NCBI GenBank assembly: GCA_963933835.1
Contig: CAWVVV010000001.1
Span: forward strand, 96,001-160,000
Source of the DNA: an uncultured Puniceicoccaceae bacterium
Lineage (GTDB): Bacteria; Verrucomicrobiota; Verrucomicrobiia; Opitutales; Oceanipulchritudinaceae
Reading direction: 5' to 3'
Length of the DNA stretch: 64,000 nucleotides
Positions 60,119-64,000 of the stretch are shown here, in pieces; position 1 is the first letter of the stretch, and each line of letters begins with the position of its first letter. The position numbers and the translations under genes are program-made. Under the pieces are notes generated by a model, which saw nothing but the letters and a program-made list of their open reading frames with translations, was not told the origin of the DNA and did not search any database.

Positions 60119-60745
60119 ATGCCCTCATTCGAAGCACTCCGACGCCTCAAAGCTGGCAACCTTCGTTTCGCTAAACAAGAGCCAAGCTGCCCGCCGCCAG
60201 ATAGGGCGGAACTCCTACGCCTCGCCGACGAGGGGCAATCCCCGTGGGCCATCGTCCTTGGCTGCTCCGACTCTCGCGTGCCGGTGGAATACATCTTCGA
60301 CCAAAGCCCGGGATCACTTTTCGTCGTCCGCGTCGCTGGTCACGTCGTCACTGAAACCACGATCGAGAGTGTCGAATTTGCCGTAAAGAATTTCGGAACA
60401 CCTCTCGTGGTTGTCTTGGGGCATGCTCAATGCGGGGCGGTTGGAGCTACCTTAGAACGCGGTATGGATGCAAATAAACCCTCTCAGATTCTCGATGCTA
60501 TCAGCTGCAATCTAGAACCCGCCCACTTTACCGCTTACAAAAGCGATCCGGAAGCCGCCTGCGCCAATGCGATCAAGACGCACGTGCGGGCCACGACATT
60601 ACGCCTCCTCGAACAGTCGCCAGAGATGTCTGATCGGGTCGCAGGCGGGCGACTGACCGTGGCCGGCGCCGAATACGACCTCGCAACGGGCAAAGTCCAC
60701 TTCCATCCCGAACTTCTATACAACGGGCCGGAAGGCGAATGCTAG
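60119..60745 (+). CDS. Beta-class carbonic anhydrase
   Basis: LKAGNLRF, GCSDSRV, RVAG, LGHAQCGAV. Confidence 0.93.
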   Translation: MPSFEALRRLKAGNLRFAKQEPSCPPPDRAELLRLADEGQSPWAIVLGCSDSRVPVEYIFDQSPGSLFVVRVAGHVVTETTIESVEFAVKNFGTPLVVVLGHAQCGAVGATLERGMDANKPSQILDAISCNLEPAHFTAYKSDPEAACANAIKTHVRATTLRLLEQSPEMSDRVAGGRLTVAGAEYDLATGKVHFHPELLYNGPEGEC

Positions 60746-60859
60746 ATCGAAGTCAGCATTGATCTTGGCTCCGCCCAGCCGCAAAGAGAAGCGGCTAAAA
60801 CGCTTGCTATTCATTAGGCCAGAATCAGATTGGACGGCTTTTCGAGTTTCCCAACCAGT

Positions 60860-61183
60860 ATGAGCCTACAGACCAGCATTCCAACCGTTCTCGCCCAAGC
60901 CGAAGGTGGCGGGTCGAACTTCTCTCCGTTCCTAATGATCGGCCTCTTCATGGCCGCGATGTATTTCTTCATGATCGCGCCTCAGCGCAAGAAAGAGAAG
61001 ACACACAAAGCGATGCTCGCCGCCCTAAAAAATGGCGACAAGGTCCTCACTGTCGGCGGAATTTACGGCACAGTAACGGCAATTAAAGATGACCGCGTTC
61101 ACATCAAGGTCGATGAAGCGACTCGCCTTGAGATACTCCGCTCATCGATTCAGGGCCTCCAGCAAACCGACGAGCTCAAGTAG
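60860..61183 (+). CDS. yajC: Preprotein translocase subunit YajC
   Basis: YFFMIAPQRKKEK, LKNGDKVLTVGGIYGTV. Confidence 0.95.
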   Translation: MSLQTSIPTVLAQAEGGGSNFSPFLMIGLFMAAMYFFMIAPQRKKEKTHKAMLAALKNGDKVLTVGGIYGTVTAIKDDRVHIKVDEATRLEILRSSIQGLQQTDELK

Positions 61184-61240
61184 TCTCGCGCGTCCCAACA
61201 CCACCCACTTTTTAGCCAAACCTCCGGCACAAGACATTTC

Positions 61241-63880
61241 ATGAAGGGAACTCACCTCGCTCGCCTTTTCGTTTCAATCGCCTTCCTTGCATGGGCGGCA
61301 GCCTCACTCACTCCCGTGAATGACACGTCCTACGAAGACTACCTCGTAGAACGCGTCACAGATCGCATTGATCGCGATGGTGTCACCCTTCTCCTCAGCC
61401 AAGAGGAAAACGTCGAAGGATTCACCTACCTGCTCAATCGCGCTCAAGCCCGCGTCGATGCAACGGTCGCAGATGATGCGGTGACGAACTCGACGCTCTT
61501 CATTGAGCTGATGGCGATCACGACAGAGGAGAACATCGATCTCTTTGACTACTACAGTGATCTGCGCATCCGCGACATCGCCAACCTCGAGAAACGCAAT
61601 CGCCTCGTCCTTAATCGCCTTCTTCGTGATTCCAAAGGCAGCCTACAGCCCGGTCTCGACCTTGCTGGCGGAGTCTCGGTCACTCTCCAGCTCCCAGAAG
61701 AAAGCCTTCAGGCTGGCGGCAGTCTGCGTGCCCAAGAGCTTGAGCAAGCGCGCCAAGTCATTCTTAACCGGATCGACGCCTACGGTGTCGCCGAGCCGAT
61801 CGTTCGGATTAAAGGCGACAGCCAGATCGAAATCCAAATCGCCGGTCTCGACACTGATCAGAACACCGAAATCATCACCGAGCTGATCAAGCCAGCGAAG
61901 CTCGAATTCAGCGTCGTTCATCGCACCCAAACTCCCCGCTTAGGCCCTGCCCCCCTCGGCTACATCGAGCGTATCGCCGAGCGCGAAAACCCGGAGACCG
62001 GAAGCACGATCGAAATCCCACTTTTTGTTAAACGTATCCCGATCATGACGGGCGATCACCTCGACCGCGCTCGAGCAACGGTTACGAACTCCGGTGGTTT
62101 TGAAATCTTCATGGACTTCACCAAAGATGGCGGGAACATCTTCTCCGAGGTCACCGCGCAAATGGCTCGCGAGAACCAGAGCACCAATACGATCGCGCAA
62201 CTCGCTATCATTCTCGACAACAAGGTCGTTTCCTATCCAACCGTCCGCGAGCAGATCAGCGGCGGCAGCGCCGTCATCACAGGTCAGTTTTCTCAACGCG
62301 AAGCCGTCGGGATTGCAACGGCCCTGAACAACCCACTCTCGATCGATCTCGAGGTTGCTGAGCTGAAGAACGTCAGCGGCACCCTCGCTGAAGCAGCGAA
62401 AAGCTCCTCTGCTCGCGCCGCCATGATCGGTGGCGGACTCGTTATACTTTTCATGCTCGTCTGGTATGGCATCGCAGGTATCTCTGCGGTCATCACGGTG
62501 GGGCTCAATATCTTCCTCGTCATGGGTAGCCTCGCTGCCTTTGGAGCCACCCTCACCCTTCCAGGTGTGGCTGCCCTCGTTCTCACGATCGGTATGGCGG
62601 TGGATGCGACGATCCTCATCTTCGAACGTATCCGCGAAGAACTCAGAGCCGGAAAGTCGATGACCCACGCGGTCACCGATGGCTACGAGAAAGCGTTCTC
62701 CACCATCGTGGATGCGAACGTCACGACGCTGATCACTGCGCTTGTTCTGATCTACTTCGGCACCGGTCCGGTGCGTGGATTTGGACTCACCCTCGCGATT
62801 GGTATCGGTTCCACCATCATCACTGCTCTCATTACGAGCCGCCTCTTCATGGATGCCCTCGCCCACAGCGGTTTGATGAAAGGTCTTCCGAACCGCTTCA
62901 GCCTTCTCGGCAGCAAAGAGCGCCCTCTCCTCAAATTTGCCCGTCCTGCATTTCTCACTTCCTGGACGATTGTTGCGCTTGGAATCCTTGCTCTCTGGTT
63001 ACACTGGGGACAGGCATTCGGGATCGACTTCACCGGTGGCGACGAAGTGCAAGTGAGCTACGAAACAGCCCTCAGCGATGAGGAACTGATCGGTGCCGCC
63101 AATTCAGCTGGCTTCGACCAAGTCAACATTCTCCGTTTGTCTCCGATCGGTTCGAACACCGAAGTCGTTACCCTTCAAACTGAAGCTGACTTAGGCGCAG
63201 GCGTTTACGACGCCCTCGCGCTTGCCTACCCAGAAGTAGGCTTGGCGAAAATCGGCGTCACTCAGATCGGACCGAGTGTCGGTGAAGAAGTGAAGTCCGG
63301 CGCTATTAAGGCGATCGCGATCTCGCTCCTCGCCATGCTCATCTACATCGCGATGCGCTTCGAGTTCGGATTCGGCCTCGGTGCCCTGACCGCTACAGTG
63401 CACGACGTTCTTCTAACCGTCGGCGTCTTCTTTGCTTTGGGTGAGTTCCTCGGAATTGGTAGCGGGCAGTTTACCGCACCGATGATCGCAGCTGTGCTCA
63501 TGACGGTGGGTTACTCGATCAATGATACGATTGTCGTCTTTGATAGGGTTCGAGAAGAGCTTGAGCTCAACCCCGGGATGGGCCTGAAGCGTGTCATTCA
63601 CATGTCGATCAACCGCGTTTTGACTCGGACGATTTTGACCAGTTTGACAACCCTCTTTGCATCCCTCGCCCTCTACCTCTTCGGAGCTGGGGTGATCGTG
63701 GACTTCGCTCTCGTCTTCCTCATCGGCGTCATCACTGGAACCTTCTCTTCGATCTTCATCGCGAGTCCGATCTTCTACTGGTATCACAAGGGTGATCGCA
63801 AGAGCGTCGAACGGGGTGAAATGCTACCCGCCTACGACTGGGGAGCCGACGAGCCGAACAGCAGCTCTGATAAAGCCTAG
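61241..63880 (+). CDS. secDF: Fused protein translocase subunit SecDF
   Basis: GLDLAGG, GVAEP, IGMAVDA, DANVTT, GIDFTGG, GYSINDTIVVFDRVRE. Confidence 0.96.
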   Translation: MKGTHLARLFVSIAFLAWAAASLTPVNDTSYEDYLVERVTDRIDRDGVTLLLSQEENVEGFTYLLNRAQARVDATVADDAVTNSTLFIELMAITTEENIDLFDYYSDLRIRDIANLEKRNRLVLNRLLRDSKGSLQPGLDLAGGVSVTLQLPEESLQAGGSLRAQELEQARQVILNRIDAYGVAEPIVRIKGDSQIEIQIAGLDTDQNTEIITELIKPAKLEFSVVHRTQTPRLGPAPLGYIERIAERENPETGSTIEIPLFVKRIPIMTGDHLDRARATVTNSGGFEIFMDFTKDGGNIFSEVTAQMARENQSTNTIAQLAIILDNKVVSYPTVREQISGGSAVITGQFSQREAVGIATALNNPLSIDLEVAELKNVSGTLAEAAKSSSARAAMIGGGLVILFMLVWYGIAGISAVITVGLNIFLVMGSLAAFGATLTLPGVAALVLTIGMAVDATILIFERIREELRAGKSMTHAVTDGYEKAFSTIVDANVTTLITALVLIYFGTGPVRGFGLTLAIGIGSTIITALITSRLFMDALAHSGLMKGLPNRFSLLGSKERPLLKFARPAFLTSWTIVALGILALWLHWGQAFGIDFTGGDEVQVSYETALSDEELIGAANSAGFDQVNILRLSPIGSNTEVVTLQTEADLGAGVYDALALAYPEVGLAKIGVTQIGPSVGEEVKSGAIKAIAISLLAMLIYIAMRFEFGFGLGALTATVHDVLLTVGVFFALGEFLGIGSGQFTAPMIAAVLMTVGYSINDTIVVFDRVREELELNPGMGLKRVIHMSINRVLTRTILTSLTTLFASLALYLFGAGVIVDFALVFLIGVITGTFSSIFIASPIFYWYHKGDRKSVERGEMLPAYDWGADEPNSSSDKA

Positions 63881-63895
63881 TCCAGCCGCTGTAAG

Positions 63896-64000
63896 ATGCG
63901 CTGGGAAATCACTCAGACTGATGAGTCCTGTGCTCAACACCTAAGCCAACGCTTAGGGATCACACCGACGGCGGCTAGCTTACTCTGGCAGCGCGGCTGG
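63896..64000 (+). CDS. recJ: Probable ssDNA exonuclease RecJ, N-terminus (runs out of window)
   Basis: MRWEITQTDESCAQHLSQRLGITPTAASLLWQRGW resembles the RecJ N-terminus; recJ commonly follows secDF. Confidence 0.65.
   Translation, partial: MRWEITQTDESCAQHLSQRLGITPTAASLLWQRGW

Overview
A bacterial chromosome segment of roughly 55% GC, most likely Verrucomicrobiota (Opitutales-like). The lineage call is inferred from protein styles, the yajC-secDF-recJ gene order and Trp-rich C-terminal tails, not from a database search. Most of the window is an intact housekeeping backbone: sufS (partial), kdgK-eda, corA, trpE, a sigma-70 factor, rpsA, rplU-rpmA, a bS22-like microprotein, rnpB, hisE-hisG, pgi, priA, mdh, lpxK, topB, tRNA-Leu(TAG), tRNA-Lys(TTT) and yajC-secDF-recJ. 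In contrast, accessory genes are repeatedly broken by deletions and 1-bp frameshifts: an SDR/uxaC fusion scar, a three-part mosaic of a large secreted-protein locus, and several other remnants. At least three families of short intergenic repeats occur (GGAG-type REPIN-like hairpins, GTAG-type REPs with one captured into a CDS end, and CAC-periodic microrepeats), with no cognate transposase or nuclease in the window. Other oddities are a family-4 UDG and a Fur homologue that have both lost their metal ligands, an atypical low-GC cytochrome P450 plus ATPase islet, a 22-aa-period LRR surface protein, and a skew-inverted gene near tRNA-Lys. No CRISPR array, integrase, reverse transcriptase or IS transposase was seen, and I found no complete, intact novel system that I can prove from sequence alone.
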